Source: a virus
Lineage: Duplodnaviria; Caudoviricetes
Length of the DNA stretch: 64,000 nucleotides
Virus record (IMG/VR): IMGVR_UViG_3300021197_001179
Coordinates: 372 to 64,371 of that record
Reading direction: 5' to 3' (one strand)
Of this stretch, positions 62,174 to 64,000 are shown piece by piece (position 1 is the first letter of the stretch; every line of letters starts with the position of its first letter). The translations under genes and the position numbers were made by a program. The notes beneath the pieces were generated by a model. The model did not search any database. It was given only the letters and a program-made list of their open reading frames with translations, and was not told where the DNA came from.

Positions 62174-63406
62174 ATGGCTATAGGTGTAGGATTAACAGGA
62201 CCACGCAGTAGTGGAGGAGGTGGAGGTACATGTACTTCACGAGCATGGGTACGTAACCCAGATTGGCTGGACCTTCCAGCATTATCAGATGGAGATAATA
62301 TTATCTATGTTTTAAACAAGGTTAAAGATGGAGTACCGAACTTCTTTACGTTCTACTCAACTATAGCTTCAAGTGGTCAATACACGGTTGACCTCTATAA
62401 TGATGGAACGGCTGTTACTACTCATAACCATAATACGCAAGCAGACTTTGACCTTGATTACGCAAAAGGAACAACAGAGGTAACTGAACCAAACGGTGAT
62501 ACTTACAAGCAGATTATTACAAAGATTACTGGTAATTTTCTAAACCCGTATTTTTACAAGAAACACGGGAGTGTAAGTAATACTACAAATTCTCCTATTT
62601 TATCTGTAAAGATGGCAAGTCAGACTGTTACAAGTCTTCAATATCTATTTAGGGGTGCATCAAATCAAGTCTTGCATAAAAATCTCGAAGAGTTTGAATA
62701 TGTTGGAACTTGTAATGCAACGTCTTTTCTTTACGCTTTTCAAAGCGCACCAAGACTAGGTAAAATAAAGGGGACTTTTAGTAGTCTAACGACTCTGCAA
62801 CAAGCGTTTAATGGAGGCGGTGACGCTGATTTTAGCGAAATGGAATTAGGTAGTGTGTCCTCAATGGCGTGTACACAAGCGTTTATAACTGGAAGAATAA
62901 GAGAAATGTTTAAAGTGGATTTCTTTAAAGGAGCATCTAGTACCAATGCTACTTTTCAAAGTTCAAGGATTGAGTACTTCGGAAAAGCTTCTGCTCCAAT
63001 GGAATTTAACGGGCTGTCTGGTGCAACTGGACTCTATCGTCTGTTCTACGGGTGTAGCAACCTTAAAGCTGCGTATTTTAGATATTGCGCCCCCGAAAAG
63101 ACTCAGCAAATGTTTTATCAAAATAATGTTCTTGAAACAGTATCAGGTATTGATGGATCAAATATTACTAACGCAACAGCAATGTTTGACCAAGCTTATA
63201 GCTTAAGTACTTTAGAACTTACTAATATGGGAATTTCATTTAGCCTTAATGATTGTAATTTCAATAGAGCTGGACTTGTAAATGTTTTTAATGATCTTCC
63301 ATCCGCAACTGCCACAATTACTGTAACCGATAACCCTGGAACAGGAGACTTGACTGCTGAAGATTTAGCAATAGCCACTGATAAAGGGTGGACCGTAACA
63401 ACTTAG
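62174..63406 (+). CDS. tail/receptor-binding protein with BspA-like (DUF285) repeats
   Basis: WVRNPDWL, repeats such as VTSLQYLF, LFYGCSNL, ATAMFDQAYSL, ATDKGWTVT. Confidence 0.7.
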   Translation: MAIGVGLTGPRSSGGGGGTCTSRAWVRNPDWLDLPALSDGDNIIYVLNKVKDGVPNFFTFYSTIASSGQYTVDLYNDGTAVTTHNHNTQADFDLDYAKGTTEVTEPNGDTYKQIITKITGNFLNPYFYKKHGSVSNTTNSPILSVKMASQTVTSLQYLFRGASNQVLHKNLEEFEYVGTCNATSFLYAFQSAPRLGKIKGTFSSLTTLQQAFNGGGDADFSEMELGSVSSMACTQAFITGRIREMFKVDFFKGASSTNATFQSSRIEYFGKASAPMEFNGLSGATGLYRLFYGCSNLKAAYFRYCAPEKTQQMFYQNNVLETVSGIDGSNITNATAMFDQAYSLSTLELTNMGISFSLNDCNFNRAGLVNVFNDLPSATATITVTDNPGTGDLTAEDLAIATDKGWTVTT

Positions 63407-63416
63407 GAAATAAGAT

Positions 63417-63650
63417 ATGCCAAAAGCTATACCAACAACTCCAGCATTTTACAAGCAAACAACTGAACCTTCAGAATATTGGGCTGTAGGATTGCATAAA
63501 GTAACTAATGCTAATTATGAGTTACTGATTGAAGACCACGAAGAGTATACCTATCCTGTAGATGGGTGGGAGTATCATGCAACTCCTCCCCCTGCTTTTG
63601 TAACATGGCATGAAGAAAACTTCCCACCCGATCCTGAGATAGAAGAATGA
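63417..63650 (+). CDS. small tail-associated protein
   Basis: YTYPVDGWEY. Confidence 0.65.
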   Translation: MPKAIPTTPAFYKQTTEPSEYWAVGLHKVTNANYELLIEDHEEYTYPVDGWEYHATPPPAFVTWHEENFPPDPEIEE

Positions 63651-63651
63651 T

Positions 63652-64000
63652 ATGAAAGCCTTTGAATTGAGTACACTATTGAAACTAGGAGTGCCTTACA
63701 TAGTATTCTTTTTTGCGCCCATCACGGCAGCAATCATTGGACTAGCAGTCCTAATATTCTTTGACGTTATAACCGGATGCAGAGCAGCCAAGCTAAGAGG
63801 CGAGGAGATACGCTCCAATCGAATGGCAAGAACGGTAAGCAAGATTATTTTCTACTCTATCGCTATTATTTTAAGTAGAGTAATGGAAGTATCTTTTATG
63901 GATTGGATGCCTGTTGCTAAGTTAACTGCTGGATACATTGCAATAGTTGAGTTCAAGTCCAACATGGAGAACATCGCAAGCATCACAGGCGTTGACATCT
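63652..64000 (+). CDS. phage holin (partial, runs off the window)
   Basis: FFAPI..LIFFDVITG..IRSNRMARTVSKIIFY..EFKSNMENI. Confidence 0.8.
   Translation, partial: MKAFELSTLLKLGVPYIVFFFAPITAAIIGLAVLIFFDVITGCRAAKLRGEEIRSNRMARTVSKIIFYSIAIILSRVMEVSFMDWMPVAKLTAGYIAIVEFKSNMENIASITGVDI

Noticed and set aside
1-64000. Stop-codon reassignment or suppressor tRNA as in some crAss-like phages
   Set aside because: Genes are long and densely packed in the standard code, TAG and TGA both end genes, and I saw no tRNA cloverleaf
57339-64000. Diversity-generating retroelement acting on tail genes
   Set aside because: No reverse transcriptase or template/variable repeat pair seen in the window

Overview
A near-complete genome segment of a dsDNA tailed phage. 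The virion module is crAss-like and the host is most likely Bacteroidota/Flavobacteria, judged from many TAnnTTTG -7 promoter boxes, A-rich start regions and a BT4734/VirE-type primase domain. Layout: (i) 230-7559 minus strand, recombination and replication (SSB, ERF, YqaJ exonuclease, SET-domain protein, primase-helicase, initiator with internal iterons, C5 methyltransferase, DnaA-C-like HTH); (ii) 7670-15072 minus strand, a serine recombinase and about 18 small early genes separated by terminators and a conserved RNA hairpin; (iii) a strand-switch region at about 15.1-15.4 kb; (iv) 15.4-23.5 kb, small genes on both strands (RuvC, GNAT, HNH, phosphoesterase) and two candidate small RNAs; (v) 23.6-64 kb plus strand, terminase, portal, scaffold, capsid, ring and muzzle proteins, ejection proteins including a 4415-aa polyvalent protein, tail proteins and a holin. 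Most notable observations: a small basic gene nested out of frame inside the giant protein, whose start is part of a 28-bp direct repeat bracketing an in-frame module; nine promoters spaced exactly 4 nt from an ATG (predicted leaderless mRNAs); and two promoter-terminator-bounded sRNAs, one complementary to early-gene start regions and one resembling the anti-Shine-Dalgarno. Together these suggest a translation-level early-to-late switch. All calls are from reading motifs by eye; no database searches were run.
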